Assembly (NCBI GenBank): GCA_965662235.1
Contig: CBFIGY010000003.1
Span: 96,001 to 160,000, forward strand
Direction of reading: 5' to 3'
Source of the DNA: an uncultured bacterium
Lineage (GTDB): Bacteria; SAR324; NAC60-12
Length of the DNA: 64,000 nucleotides
Program-made: the position numbers and the translations under genes
The notes under the pieces: generated by a model
Seen by the model: only the letters and a program-made list of their open reading frames with translations
Databases searched by the model: none
Told to the model about the DNA's origin: nothing
Shown: positions 17,943-28,472 of the stretch, one piece after another
How positions within the stretch are numbered: position 1 is the stretch's first letter
Layout of the letters: each line of letters starts with the position of its first letter

Positions 17943-18740
17943 ATGCCACAGCCTTCGCTTCGCAAAGCCGATTTTGCCCAGCCCTCTGCCGTGGTTGGAG
18001 AGTACCTTCATTCCATTTACCGCATCAGCTGGTCAGGTGGATCGCCTAAAGCCAAGGACCTTGCCCGGCGCCTCCGGAGCAGTCCTTCCACGGTCCATGC
18101 AACCCTGACGCGGCTCAAGCGAGATGCGCTGATTGAGATTGACCAGCACCGACGCATCTCCCTGACCCCTTCGGGGCGCCAGCAGGCGGAAGCCGTGACC
18201 CTGCGTCACAACCTTGCCGAATACTTCCTCTTCCAGGAGCTGGACATTCCCTGGTACCAGCTGCACCTTCACGCAGAGCACCTGGAGCATGCCCTCACTC
18301 CCCTCGTGACCGAGCAACTCGCTGAGCGCCTGGGGCACCCCAAGTACTGCCCTCATGGCTCCCCCATGCCTGGAGGCGGTGGAAAGTTCACCTGCCCCAC
18401 CTTGCCTCTGAGCGAAGTCCTCCCGGGCGCCGTGGTGGAGCTGCTGATGCTGGATGAAATGCTGGAAAATTCGGAAGAGGTGATGAAGCACTTGCAGACC
18501 CATGCGCTGACGCCAGGGCGTCACATTCGGGTCAGTGTCCGGAGTGAGGAAATGCAAACCCTTGCGCTGCACCTAGAAGAGGAACAGCACCCCAAGGTCT
18601 GCGAGCACTTTGAAAAAGAAGCCTGCTTCCGAAAGCTCGAGGCTCAGCCTCCGGAGCACAGCAACACGACCCCAACCCTCCTCTCTTATGAGGTGGCGTC
18701 ACACATTCTCGTGACTCCGGTTCGCTCCCTCGCGTCGTGA
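17943..18740 (+). CDS. DtxR/MntR family metal-dependent repressor with FeoA-like domain
   Basis: EYLHSIY, helix-turn-helix, LTPSG...RHNLAE, HLEH and LGHPKYCPHGSPMP. ATG at 17943. Confidence 0.9.
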   Translation: MPQPSLRKADFAQPSAVVGEYLHSIYRISWSGGSPKAKDLARRLRSSPSTVHATLTRLKRDALIEIDQHRRISLTPSGRQQAEAVTLRHNLAEYFLFQELDIPWYQLHLHAEHLEHALTPLVTEQLAERLGHPKYCPHGSPMPGGGGKFTCPTLPLSEVLPGAVVELLMLDEMLENSEEVMKHLQTHALTPGRHIRVSVRSEEMQTLALHLEEEQHPKVCEHFEKEACFRKLEAQPPEHSNTTPTLLSYEVASHILVTPVRSLAS

Positions 18741-20363
18741 CGTTTTGGGCTTTCCGCTACTGGAACGGCCAAAGCGAAAGCGGAAGGAGCTGTCTCCAAT
18801 CATAATCTCATCCCCCTCGCGCAGAAACCGCTGTTCCACCCGACGCCCGTTGATCAGGGTGCTGTCTCCTGCCAGATTCACCAGTTTGAACTGCCCACCA
18901 ATTTTCACAATCTTGGCGTGCCGTGCGGCAATTTCAGTGCTGATCAGCTGCACATCATTGGTGTAAGCACTGCCGATGAAGGTGATGTTCCGGACCAACG
19001 GGAAGTCGTTACGGGCATCGGCAAACTGCAGACTCGGAAGCCCCTTGCGCAGCGGCCCATTGGGCTTGATCCACTCGGCCGGCAGCACCGGGGCAGAGGG
19101 TTTGTTGTCTTCAGGCTCCTGCTCCGGAATCTCCTGCTTCGGATTGTGGAACATCAGCACCATCTCGCCCACATCCAGCAGGTCTCCGTGCTGCAGAAGA
19201 CGGCGGTGGATGCGGCGCCGGTTGATGAGCAGGGCGTTTTTGTAGTTCTTGTCCTCCAGCATCAGCGATCCCTCCTGCGGCGTCAGCATGACACGGTGCA
19301 GGTTAGCCGACAGCCGAAGCTTCCGCTGCGTCCGGAGCTTCGTCAGGAACTCTAGGCTTCCTCCAGAATCTGGGATTGGGATCACCTGATCCTTTTCACG
19401 TGGGCTGAGCAGCTGAAGCCCCATTCCCTCGTCGAGAGCAATTCGGGGCCGCCGGTTCCACCACAGGAATCCGGCAAACAGCGCCGCACTTGCCAGCGCC
19501 ACCCCTCCTGACCAAACCGGAACCTCTAGCTCCGGCCAGTAGTGCAGTCCCGGAGCCTGCCAGGTCAGTGCAAATTCCTGAGACGCCGTCCGGGCGTTGA
19601 TCTGCAGAACCTTGCCGTCTCCATGCCAGTTCGGATCCTGATACGTCAGCATCCACTCTGAGTCCGCTTCCTTCAGCACCTGCTCCCAGATGGCCGACAG
19701 CTCCTCCCGCCCCGCAATGCGGTGAACGCGGGACGTTCCTTCAACGCCTGAAGCCTCCACTCCGGGAAAGAAGACTGCGTGCAGGCTGACGTGGTTTTGC
19801 GCCAAGAGGGTCGCAATCTGCTGCTGGTGCCACTCCTCTTCCGGAAAGTGATCCGTGAGCAGGACCACCAACCGACGCTTGGAAGCATCGCTGCCAAACT
19901 CCTTCAAGGCTGATCTGAGTGCCGAAGGAAACGGCTGCTGACGGGGACGAATCTGGTCCGGAAGCGACGCCTCATTGAAGTCGACCAGCCCCCCTTCCCA
20001 AGAGACCTGAACCCGTGTGTTCGCCGGCAGTGTGATCGGTAACAATTGTTTCAATAAAGAAGCCGGGTCTTCGGCGTTCCAAGCACTCGGGAGGAACAGG
20101 AGGATTTCCAGCGGAAGGGCTTCACGCCGGGGTTCAAGCCGATCGATGAGAAGCGTGGTGCCTTCAGACTGAAGCTGAAAATTGAGGGGGAAGTAAGGGT
20201 CCTGATGGATTTCCTCCGGAAGGAGGAGGAAGAGGCGGTGACTTTCCTCCAGCATCGCCTGAGAGGCATCGGAGCCCACCACCACAACGGAGGGTTGACT
20301 GAACGCTCCTCCTGCCCAAAGCAGGAAGGCGATCAGCACGGATGCAGTTTTCCAAACGTTCAT
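18699..20363 (-). CDS. Membrane protein: signal peptide, vWA-like periplasmic region, TM helix and two FHA-like domains
   Basis: LVVLLTD; TM segment followed by RRPR; LINRRRI..LQHGDLLDVG and RHAKI...LINGRRV..LREGDEIMIG. Confidence 0.8.
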   Translation of the reverse strand: MNVWKTASVLIAFLLWAGGAFSQPSVVVVGSDASQAMLEESHRLFLLLPEEIHQDPYFPLNFQLQSEGTTLLIDRLEPRREALPLEILLFLPSAWNAEDPASLLKQLLPITLPANTRVQVSWEGGLVDFNEASLPDQIRPRQQPFPSALRSALKEFGSDASKRRLVVLLTDHFPEEEWHQQQIATLLAQNHVSLHAVFFPGVEASGVEGTSRVHRIAGREELSAIWEQVLKEADSEWMLTYQDPNWHGDGKVLQINARTASQEFALTWQAPGLHYWPELEVPVWSGGVALASAALFAGFLWWNRRPRIALDEGMGLQLLSPREKDQVIPIPDSGGSLEFLTKLRTQRKLRLSANLHRVMLTPQEGSLMLEDKNYKNALLINRRRIHRRLLQHGDLLDVGEMVLMFHNPKQEIPEQEPEDNKPSAPVLPAEWIKPNGPLRKGLPSLQFADARNDFPLVRNITFIGSAYTNDVQLISTEIAARHAKIVKIGGQFKLVNLAGDSTLINGRRVEQRFLREGDEIMIGDSSFRFRFGRSSSGKPKTSRREGANRSHENV

Positions 20364-21211
20364 TAGGTCTCGCAGTACTGCAGTAGCGCTGACCCTGCTT
20401 TGATGATGTCTCCGTCTTTGAGTGGTTGTTGATGGACTTTCCGAAAATTTACCTCCAGTTCGCCGCCCTTTTCCACATTCTGCAGACTCATCTGCTCATC
20501 TTCAATGCGGAGGTCGGCATGATGGGCACAGACCTCGGTATACCCCGAGAGCCGTAAATCCGTGTAGCGGCCGTAACCGATGCTGAGCAACGGTGCCGAC
20601 AGCAGCCAGGACTGCCCCATTTGTGGGCCATTGATCACGCGCAACACCGCGTGCGAGGTCAGATTTTCCAAACTCGCCTGCACCAACTGATACGTCAGTC
20701 CGTAGGCGAGCAACGCCACTGCTTGCGCAGGGCCATCAAAGGGAGTAAGCGCTACAAGTTCAACAAGAATCCCACCCGCCACACCTCCGGCGACTCCACC
20801 AAGACAGGGGCGGAGGATGAAATGGGATCGAGCATGAAACACACAAGAAGCTCCACCCAATAACAAACCAAGGAGCCCCCACCCAACCAGGCGGGACGCA
20901 AAGGGCGGAACTTGATAAGCCAACAAATAATCGGCTGAACGGAAAGCAAGCCACCCGCTGACTCCCCCCACAACGGCCCCGAAGAGCACGTGGAGCAAGA
21001 CTTCATTGAAGGGCAGGTGCTTCAAAAGCGGATCCCGAACCAGCAACACGGCTCCCAAACCAGCGGAAGCAGTGATGCTATGGATCACAAAAGGAGAGAA
21101 AGTCAGAAACTCAGTAAAGACGGGACTGAGGGCCAGCAACCCCCAGGCGACCAAGCCAGCAATAGCCCCAAGCGACGCATTTTCCAATAAATGCTTCCCT
21201 TTGTGAGGCAT
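20363..21211 (-). CDS. Polytopic membrane protein with a C-terminal FHA-like domain
   Basis: About 6 Gly-rich TM helices, then LRVINGPQMG...HHA...LKDGDIIKAG. TAATG coupling to the next gene. Confidence 0.8.
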   Translation of the reverse strand: MPHKGKHLLENASLGAIAGLVAWGLLALSPVFTEFLTFSPFVIHSITASAGLGAVLLVRDPLLKHLPFNEVLLHVLFGAVVGGVSGWLAFRSADYLLAYQVPPFASRLVGWGLLGLLLGGASCVFHARSHFILRPCLGGVAGGVAGGILVELVALTPFDGPAQAVALLAYGLTYQLVQASLENLTSHAVLRVINGPQMGQSWLLSAPLLSIGYGRYTDLRLSGYTEVCAHHADLRIEDEQMSLQNVEKGGELEVNFRKVHQQPLKDGDIIKAGSALLQYCET

Positions 21212-21308
21212 GAGCGTTCTCTACTGCGGCTAGTGAGTCATCATCAAATAAAAAGGTGTCGCATTGAATCAAATACTTCTGCAAAACACCAGTTGTTTTA
21301 CACAAGCA

Positions 21309-23066
21309 TCAGGTCCGACGGCGTCTGATGAAGGCAGGAATGTCAAGGTTGTTCAAAAAATTGGCATCGGCTTTATTGACCCACTCCGGCACCACCGGCT
21401 GCGTTTGAACAGGAGGGCGATCGTTCCCCAGTGAGGCGTATCCCATGCCAAGCGTTGTCGTCTCCACGGAAGCATCGTTCCGGACGGCAGCAGCGACTGG
21501 TGCGGCTCCTCCACCCGACTGGGGGGCTCCTGGCAATGAGATCGTCGTCATCACCGTAGGTTCCGAAACAGGAGCGCCTAATCGTTCCGGTGATCGTTCC
21601 GGCGCTTCAGGGGCTTCCGGACGCACCGGTTCCGGCTCCGCGTGCAACGGTGCAGAGGCTGGTTCTGCAACAAGTGGAGGAGGTTCAGGAGCAGGAGGAG
21701 GTTCGGGGAAGGCTCTGATGGAGGGAGGTGCCACCGGTTCGGGGGCCGGCTCCGGTTCTTCAGAAAGCTCTTCTGCCGGAAGCTCTGCCAGGGGTCGGAA
21801 GCCTCGTTCGACCACCTCTGGAACCCTAGGGGCTTCCTTGGAAACCGCAGGCGTCTGCACAACGGTGTCGTAGAGGGCCCCGATTTCAGGATCGTCGGGC
21901 TGCTCCGAAACATCAATTTCCACCGCAGGATCCGAATCGTCCATCAGAAAATCACTGGCCACCGGCTTCCGGACACGTTCTCGAGGAGGCGCTGCTTCCA
22001 GAGGCTTCGCAGGTGGGGTGGGGTCGCTGAGCCCACGACTGCCCAACGGCGGAAGCGGCTCTTCCGGGGTCGAGAGGGTTGGGGTCGGGGCCAAAGATTC
22101 CTGACTGTCAAAACCGGTAGCGATGACGGTGATCATGATCTGCTCGCCCATGTCCGGATTCGTGGCGGCGCCCCAAATGATGATCGCATCTTCGTGGCCC
22201 TGCTGTTCAATGAAGCTGGAGGCTTCTGTGACCTCATGCAGGCTCATTGTCTCATCGCCCACGACATTGATGAGGATGCCCTTGGCGCCCTGAATGCGGC
22301 AGTCGCTTAGCAGAGGACTGTGGATGGCCATCTCGGCAGCCTTGCGGGCCCGGTTTTCGCCGCTGGCAATTCCGGTTCCCATCACGGCCTTGCCCTTGTT
22401 GGCCATGACCGTCCGGACGTCGGCAAAGTCGAGGTTGACCATGCCGTCTCGGGTGATCAGGTCAGAAATGCCCTGGATGCCCTGGCGCAGCACGTCATCG
22501 GCATAGCCGAAGGCCTCAATCATGGGCGTCCGTTTGCTGATCATGCCCAAGAGGTTGTTGTTGGGAATCACAATCAGCGAGTCAACGTGCTCCTTCAGGT
22601 CCATCACCCCGCTGTCTGCGGCCTTCCGACGCTTGCGGGCCTCAAATTCGAAAGGGAGGGTCACCACTCCAACAGTCAGCGCTCCCAGTTCCCGGGCAAC
22701 CTGAGCAATCACCGGGGCTCCACCGGTTCCCGTGCCGCCGCCCATGCCGGCCGTCACAAAGACCATATCCGCGCCCTGCAGCGCCTCTCGGATCTGGTCG
22801 ATGCTTTCCTGCGCAGCCGTCCGTCCCACTTCCGGCTTGGCTCCGGCGCCCAAACCGCGGGTGCTCTGGTGGCCGAGCTGAAGCTTGCTCTTGGCCATGG
22901 ACTTGCGTAGGTCCTGGAGGTCCGTATTGGCGGCAATGTATTCAACCCCGTCCACCTGCTGCTGGATCATGCGGTTGATGGCGTTCCCGCCTCCGCCGCC
23001 GACTCCTACAACCTTGATGCTGGGGGCGTCATCGCGAACGGGCTGGATGGAAGTAAAGCTGAGCAT
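21309..23066 (-). CDS. ftsZ: Cell division protein FtsZ with a long C-terminal linker
   Basis: [26 protein letters not shown] and C-terminal LDIPAFIRR. Start placed at ATG 23066. Confidence 0.98.
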   Translation of the reverse strand: MLSFTSIQPVRDDAPSIKVVGVGGGGGNAINRMIQQQVDGVEYIAANTDLQDLRKSMAKSKLQLGHQSTRGLGAGAKPEVGRTAAQESIDQIREALQGADMVFVTAGMGGGTGTGGAPVIAQVARELGALTVGVVTLPFEFEARKRRKAADSGVMDLKEHVDSLIVIPNNNLLGMISKRTPMIEAFGYADDVLRQGIQGISDLITRDGMVNLDFADVRTVMANKGKAVMGTGIASGENRARKAAEMAIHSPLLSDCRIQGAKGILINVVGDETMSLHEVTEASSFIEQQGHEDAIIIWGAATNPDMGEQIMITVIATGFDSQESLAPTPTLSTPEEPLPPLGSRGLSDPTPPAKPLEAAPPRERVRKPVASDFLMDDSDPAVEIDVSEQPDDPEIGALYDTVVQTPAVSKEAPRVPEVVERGFRPLAELPAEELSEEPEPAPEPVAPPSIRAFPEPPPAPEPPPLVAEPASAPLHAEPEPVRPEAPEAPERSPERLGAPVSEPTVMTTISLPGAPQSGGGAAPVAAAVRNDASVETTTLGMGYASLGNDRPPVQTQPVVPEWVNKADANFLNNLDIPAFIRRRRT

Positions 23067-23091
23067 AGACGAGCTAGCGGATTGAGGTTGG

Positions 23092-24330
23092 TCAAAAGAA
23101 TTCTTTGAAGACATCCTTCATTCGCCGGGAAACGCGGTGGAACAGGTTGGTTTCATCGCCTCCAAAGATGGGGCGGCCGTAGTTGTTGTTGATCCCGTAG
23201 CGCACCAGTCCAACGCTTGTGGCGTACTTGGGGGAGTAGATCAGTTCGTGCAGGCCAGCGATGTTTTCAGGGAAGCCGACCCGGACCGGCAGGCCCAGGA
23301 TTTGGGCGCCCAGGCGATCGGCGCCGGGCATGATGCAGGTGCCTCCCGTGATCACAACTCCGGAGGCCATCAGGTTGCGGTAAGGGGTCTTCTCAACCTC
23401 TTGGGCGATCAGCTCGAAGATCTCCCGGAAGCGGGCTTCAATGATTTCGGCCAAAACCTTCTTCTTCATGCCACGGGTGTTTCGTCCGCCCACCCCGGGC
23501 ACCTGAATTTCTTCAGACTCAGAGACCTCGCTGGAAAGGGCAATGCCGTGAGCATGCTTGATTTCTTCCGCCTCAGCCAACGGGGTTCCCAAGCCAATCG
23601 CAATGTCGTGGGTCAGGTGATTTCCTCCCAGCGCTAGGACCGCTGTGTGGACGATGCTGCCTTCGGAGTAGATGGTGATGTCGGTGGTTCCTCCCCCAAT
23701 GTCAATGAGGATCACTCCCACTTCCTGCTCGTCCGGACTGAGAACCGCCTGACTCGAAGCCAGAGGCTCTAGGACAATATCCTCGACATCCAGCCCCGCT
23801 TGATTGCAGCACTTGATGATGTTCTGCGCTGAAGTTACGGATCCCGTCACAATGTGGACATTGACTTCCAGCCGCGCGGCTGCCATGCCCAGTGGGTTCT
23901 GCACCCCATCCTGATCGTCGACAATGAATTCCTGAGGAAGGATGTGCAGCACCTCGCGGTCGCTCTGGATCAGCACCTGCGCTGCATCGATCACCCGGCG
24001 GATGTCATCTTCTGTGACCGTCCGGCTGTACACCGTGACCATCCCCCGGCTGTTCTGTCCGCGAATGTGATGCCCTGCAATGCCAGCGTAGACAGAGTGG
24101 ATCTGCTGACCACACATCAGCTCGCATTCCTCAATGGCCTTCTTGATGGACTTGACCGTCTTCTCAATGTTGACGACCACCCCCTTGCGGAGCCCCTCCG
24201 ACTTGGCGGTCCCAACGCCAATGATGTTCAACGGTTCGCGAGAATCGGCTTCCGCCGCAATTGCACAGATCTTTGTGGTGCCAATGTCCAAGCCAACCAC
24301 GAGGTTGCTGCTTCTACTTTTTGGAGGCAT
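23092..24330 (-). CDS. ftsA: Cell division protein FtsA
   Basis: [26 protein letters not shown] and C-terminal amphipathic helix [10 protein letters not shown]. Confidence 0.98.
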   Translation of the reverse strand: MPPKSRSSNLVVGLDIGTTKICAIAAEADSREPLNIIGVGTAKSEGLRKGVVVNIEKTVKSIKKAIEECELMCGQQIHSVYAGIAGHHIRGQNSRGMVTVYSRTVTEDDIRRVIDAAQVLIQSDREVLHILPQEFIVDDQDGVQNPLGMAAARLEVNVHIVTGSVTSAQNIIKCCNQAGLDVEDIVLEPLASSQAVLSPDEQEVGVILIDIGGGTTDITIYSEGSIVHTAVLALGGNHLTHDIAIGLGTPLAEAEEIKHAHGIALSSEVSESEEIQVPGVGGRNTRGMKKKVLAEIIEARFREIFELIAQEVEKTPYRNLMASGVVITGGTCIMPGADRLGAQILGLPVRVGFPENIAGLHELIYSPKYATSVGLVRYGINNNYGRPIFGGDETNLFHRVSRRMKDVFKEFF

Positions 24331-24625
24331 CCATGCTACTCAAATGGGGGGATCAAGGAGGGGATTCGGGCCAACTTCCTAACTTCCATGTCTGGCGTGT
24401 GGACCTATCTGAATGAAAAAGATATAGGCTATCGAAACCTATTTGTAAACGCTTGCCGGCTGATTGTCAAACGATATTTCGTCAATCATACAGGCGCTGT
24501 TTCCAGCTGTTTTACCCGCTCTGGAGTCTATAGAAATTCCCCGGCGCTGCCTAGGAAAAAATAATGGATCTTCATAAATTATATACTAATTCAAAATCCC
24601 CTTTTGACCAGAAAATAGGACTTTT

Positions 24626-26485
24626 TCACACCCAATGCGGGGGCAACGCCCGGTGCAGCAGGGGACGAGTGAGCGACGAGAGCGAGTGCGTCTGAACACC
24701 CGCTTCGCCAAGGTGGTCCGGAGCCAGCCACTGCTGAAACGCTTGCTGCACCAGCGGCCAGTCTCGATCGGTCAGGGCAAACCAAGCGGTATCTCGATTT
24801 CGTCCTTTGTACGTCAGGGCCTGTCGAAAGAGGCCTTCGAAGGAGAACCCGAAGCGCTGAGCCGCTTGACACGAACGCACGTTCAGCGCATCACACTTCC
24901 ACTCATAGCGACGGTACCCCAGAGCAAACACCTGCTCCATCATCAAGTACATGGCCTCGGTCGCAATCGGAGTCCGCTGCAGCGCCGGAGCAAAGCTGAC
25001 GTGTCCCACCTCAACAGAGCCTGCAGTTGGATTGATGCGCAGGTAAGACGCCACCCCTAGCGCCTTCCCGGAAGCCTGACTGACGATGGCCCAGAACATC
25101 GGATCCGTTGAGGCCGAGACCGACTGCAGCCACGAAAAGTAGTCGTCCGCACTGGCAAAGGGACCATACGGCAGGTAAGTCCAGGTGGTCGCTTGGGCAT
25201 CCTGAGCATACGCTTCATAAAGCTCTGCAGCATGCTGGTCCAGATCCAAAGGCTCCACCCGGCAAAACCGTCCCTCTAGGGTCTGACGTCCTGGAAGCGG
25301 GGGCGGCTGCCACCCCTCCAGCGGAAAGCCAATGGGCTGACCCTGTTCATTGAGCGTATCCTCCGGATTGCCCCGGGCGTAACGTCGACGCTCCAGCCAC
25401 CAACCGTACTGAGGAGGCCACTCAGCAAACTGATCGCCCTCCAGTTGCTGCTGAGCCTGACGAGGCCAAGAGGGCTGATAGAGCGCTTCGCGTGCCAGTG
25501 CCACCAGGTCCGCCTGTCCGGAACGAATCACGGCTTCGGCCTGCTGCGCCGTCACAATCAGCCCCACGGCCTGGGTGGCCACCGCGGCCTCTTCTCGGAT
25601 GGCTTGGGCAAAGGGCACCTGAAAGCCCCGCTGTGGGGCTTGCTGACTGGCGGTCGCCGCCCCAGCAATGCCTCGTGACGAGCAGTCGATGACGTCCACG
25701 CCCCGGGCCTTCAGCTCACGCGCCAACACCACTGAATCCTCCAGCGTCCACCCACCGTCCAGCCCGTCCACGGCTGACACCCGGAAGAACAGGGGCAGGT
25801 GCTCCGGCCAAACCGCTCGGACGGCCTCGGTCACTTCCAAAGCCAGACGCATCCGGTTTGCTCGAGAACCGCCATAGGCGTCTGTCCGTTGGTTCGCCAA
25901 GGGAGAGAGGAAGCTGTGAAGCAAGTAGCCGTGGGCGCCGTGAATTTCCGCCACTTCAAATCCGGCAGCAAGCGCATGAGCGGCACCAGCAGCAAACGTT
26001 TGCACCAGCTCGTCAAGGGCGGCCAACGACAGCTCGTGCGGAACCAACCACCCCGGCGCCACCGGAACCGCACTGGGGGCGACAATCTCCCATGGATGAT
26101 CCCCTCGTTCAAAATCAGCCTCTGCGAGCGGCCCGTTGCCAAACCACGGACGCTGCATGCTCGCCTTCCGTCCGGCGTGTCCCAACTGAATGCCCGGCAC
26201 CGCCCCCTGCGCCTTCAGAAAACCGGTCACCCGCTGCAACGCCTGCGCATGGGCTTCAGACCAAATCCCCAGGTCTCCGTGCGTGATCCGTCCTTCCGGG
26301 CAGACCGCTGCAGCCTCCGTAAAGACCAACCCGGTTCCCCCAATGGCAAACTGAGCCAGGTGGGCAAAGTGCCAGTCGTTGGCCAACCCCTCCTCTGCGG
26401 CATACTGACACATGGGAGAAAGGACCAAGCGGTTGCGGAGTGTGAGGGACCGAAGCGAGAGCGGACGAAACAGATGAGATGACAT
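24626..26485 (-). CDS. Fusion of an NADH:flavin oxidoreductase (YqjM/NamA-like OYE) and a RimJ/RimL-type GNAT acetyltransferase
   Basis: SPMCQY, QLGHAGRK, HGAHGYLLHSF and NQRTDAYGG, followed by NEQGQPIG..., EVGHV, YRRYEWKCDALN and KGRNRDTAWF in one reading frame. Confidence 0.88.
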   Translation of the reverse strand: MSSHLFRPLSLRSLTLRNRLVLSPMCQYAAEEGLANDWHFAHLAQFAIGGTGLVFTEAAAVCPEGRITHGDLGIWSEAHAQALQRVTGFLKAQGAVPGIQLGHAGRKASMQRPWFGNGPLAEADFERGDHPWEIVAPSAVPVAPGWLVPHELSLAALDELVQTFAAGAAHALAAGFEVAEIHGAHGYLLHSFLSPLANQRTDAYGGSRANRMRLALEVTEAVRAVWPEHLPLFFRVSAVDGLDGGWTLEDSVVLARELKARGVDVIDCSSRGIAGAATASQQAPQRGFQVPFAQAIREEAAVATQAVGLIVTAQQAEAVIRSGQADLVALAREALYQPSWPRQAQQQLEGDQFAEWPPQYGWWLERRRYARGNPEDTLNEQGQPIGFPLEGWQPPPLPGRQTLEGRFCRVEPLDLDQHAAELYEAYAQDAQATTWTYLPYGPFASADDYFSWLQSVSASTDPMFWAIVSQASGKALGVASYLRINPTAGSVEVGHVSFAPALQRTPIATEAMYLMMEQVFALGYRRYEWKCDALNVRSCQAAQRFGFSFEGLFRQALTYKGRNRDTAWFALTDRDWPLVQQAFQQWLAPDHLGEAGVQTHSLSSLTRPLLHRALPPHWV

Positions 26486-26742
26486 GAAACCTCAGAGCAA
26501 AGGAACAGAAAGGGCAGGCGGCTCCACGACCTCCCGAATTCTTCTGGAGCGAGTGCCGGTCAATTTCCTGCAGTGCGATCAATCCTAAAAATGGACGAGC
26601 AGGAGACAAGCGTTTTTCCACACTTCCGGAAAAATGGCGAAAATGGCTGGTCCCGTCTCACGCCCCCGTTACACTGGGGCACCTGAAGCGGCTCCCGACG
26701 GAGCCCATCCGCCTGACTCTGAACGAACCCCTGACTTCACGC

Positions 26743-28449
26743 ATGTCCTCTTTTCTCGAATTCCCCTTCACCGCCATCATTGGACGAGACCTCGCCAAGC
26801 GCTCTCTGCTCTATCACGCCCTTGCTCCGCAGCTCGGCGGCACGGTGCTTATGGGACACCGTGGCTGCGCCAAGAGCACCTTGGTCCGGGCCTTCCGGGA
26901 ACTCCTTCCTGCAGACGCCCTGCACCATGCCGAGGCGCCCTTCCAGGAGATTCCGCTGGGGGCGACCGAAGACCGCCTGCTCGGTTCTGTGGATGCCGCG
27001 CACCTGACCACAGAAGGCGCCTGGCGTCGACAGTCGGGTCTGCTGGAACAGGCTCACCAGGGCGTCCTCTACATCGACGAGGTCAACCTGCTCCCGGACC
27101 ACCTGGTCGACGTCATCCTAGATGCTGCCGCGAGCGGTCAATACCACCTTGAGCGTGACGGCCTCTCTGCCCACATCGAATCCCGTTTCATCCTCATCGG
27201 CACCATGAACCCGGAAGAAGGAGACCTCCGGCCGCAGCTGCTGGACCGTTTCACCCACGGAGTCTGGATTCATGACCACTACACCCCGGAAGAGCGACGG
27301 GAAATCGTCCGGGCCCGGATGGCCTTTGAAGACGACCCCCACGGCTTCCGGCAGGAACACGAGCCTCAGCTGCAACAGCTCCGGACCCAGATCATGGAAG
27401 CTCGGACCCGCCTGAAGGAAGTGGTCATTCCGGAAGCAATGCGGGAGGCCGTTGCCGAACGAGCTGCCTCGTTGCAGCTGGAAGGCGTCCGGGCCGAGCT
27501 GGGGGTGCTGCGTACCGCCCGCTGTGCAGCAGCTTGGAGAGGAGCTGTGGAGGTTGAGGAAGCCGACCTTGCAGAAGGGTGGGAGCTGTGTCTGGGACAC
27601 CGTTTGCCTCCGGAGTCGCGTCCGACGCCACCGCCACAAGCGCCTCCAGAGCCATCGCCCGCACCCCAAACGTCGCCCCCTTCTCGTCCGCAAACTGCGG
27701 CGTCTCCTCGCGGAGCCAACTCCACTCCGTTTCAGGTGGAACCCACGGCGCCTACTTCAGTGCTGCAGGACTGGTGGCACCAGCGTCCACAGCCCCCCAA
27801 ACGGACCTCTCTGGTCATGGGAGCGGCGCGTCCGGTTCAGCACGCTGACCAGCGAACCCGCCTCGACTGGCCCCGGACGCTTCTGGAATCGAGCAAGCAC
27901 GGCTGGACGGCTGGGGCGCCTCTGACGCTGCACTACCGGCGTCTGGAACGCCGTCCGCAGCTGTGGTTGTTCCTGGACGCCAGTCGCTCCACCGGTGCCC
28001 TGCGGTTTTTGGGAAAGGCCCTAGCCGCGTTGCAGTCCCTTCCGTTACGGCAGTCTGCCTACCGTTTTCAGGTTCTGCAGCTCCAAGCGGGACAGGTTTC
28101 TTGGGTCCTGAAACGGGGCACCGCGTCCAGCGCCCTGCGGCTGCTTCAGAACCTGAAGGAGGCTTCGGGAAAGAGCCTGCTGCACCAGTCGCTTGACACC
28201 CTTCATCACGCGGTGCAGCGAGCTGGGGTGCTGCCTAACGACCGTATCCTGCTCTGCAGCGACGGACTCTTCACCCCCGGCAGCGCCTCATTAGCCGAAG
28301 AGAAGACCCAGCTCAAGGAGAAGCTCCGGAGGCTCGGAGACCTGCTTCCAGAGATTGCTTGGATGCACCCTCCTCCCAAGCGTGGGCTAGGACGCTGGCT
28401 CTCGGAACTCACCGGAGGCACCGCCGTGCAGCAGATTCAGCTGTCGTAG
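26743..28449 (+). CDS. Mg/Co chelatase ChlI/ChlD-like AAA+ ATPase with Pro-rich linker and vWA domain
   Basis: FPFTAIIG, GHRGCAKST, PLGATEDRLLGS, LYIDEVNLL, GTMNPEEGDLRPQLLDRF; MIDAS-like LDASRS and SDG. Confidence 0.88.
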   Translation: MSSFLEFPFTAIIGRDLAKRSLLYHALAPQLGGTVLMGHRGCAKSTLVRAFRELLPADALHHAEAPFQEIPLGATEDRLLGSVDAAHLTTEGAWRRQSGLLEQAHQGVLYIDEVNLLPDHLVDVILDAAASGQYHLERDGLSAHIESRFILIGTMNPEEGDLRPQLLDRFTHGVWIHDHYTPEERREIVRARMAFEDDPHGFRQEHEPQLQQLRTQIMEARTRLKEVVIPEAMREAVAERAASLQLEGVRAELGVLRTARCAAAWRGAVEVEEADLAEGWELCLGHRLPPESRPTPPPQAPPEPSPAPQTSPPSRPQTAASPRGANSTPFQVEPTAPTSVLQDWWHQRPQPPKRTSLVMGAARPVQHADQRTRLDWPRTLLESSKHGWTAGAPLTLHYRRLERRPQLWLFLDASRSTGALRFLGKALAALQSLPLRQSAYRFQVLQLQAGQVSWVLKRGTASSALRLLQNLKEASGKSLLHQSLDTLHHAVQRAGVLPNDRILLCSDGLFTPGSASLAEEKTQLKEKLRRLGDLLPEIAWMHPPPKRGLGRWLSELTGGTAVQQIQLS

Positions 28450-28472
28450 GAAAAAAGAGAACGGTTGGGTGA

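Noticed and set aside
26743..28449. Evidence of phototrophy from the chelatase-like gene
   Set aside because: No bch/chl or reaction-centre genes are present, and such ATPases are widespread in non-phototrophs.
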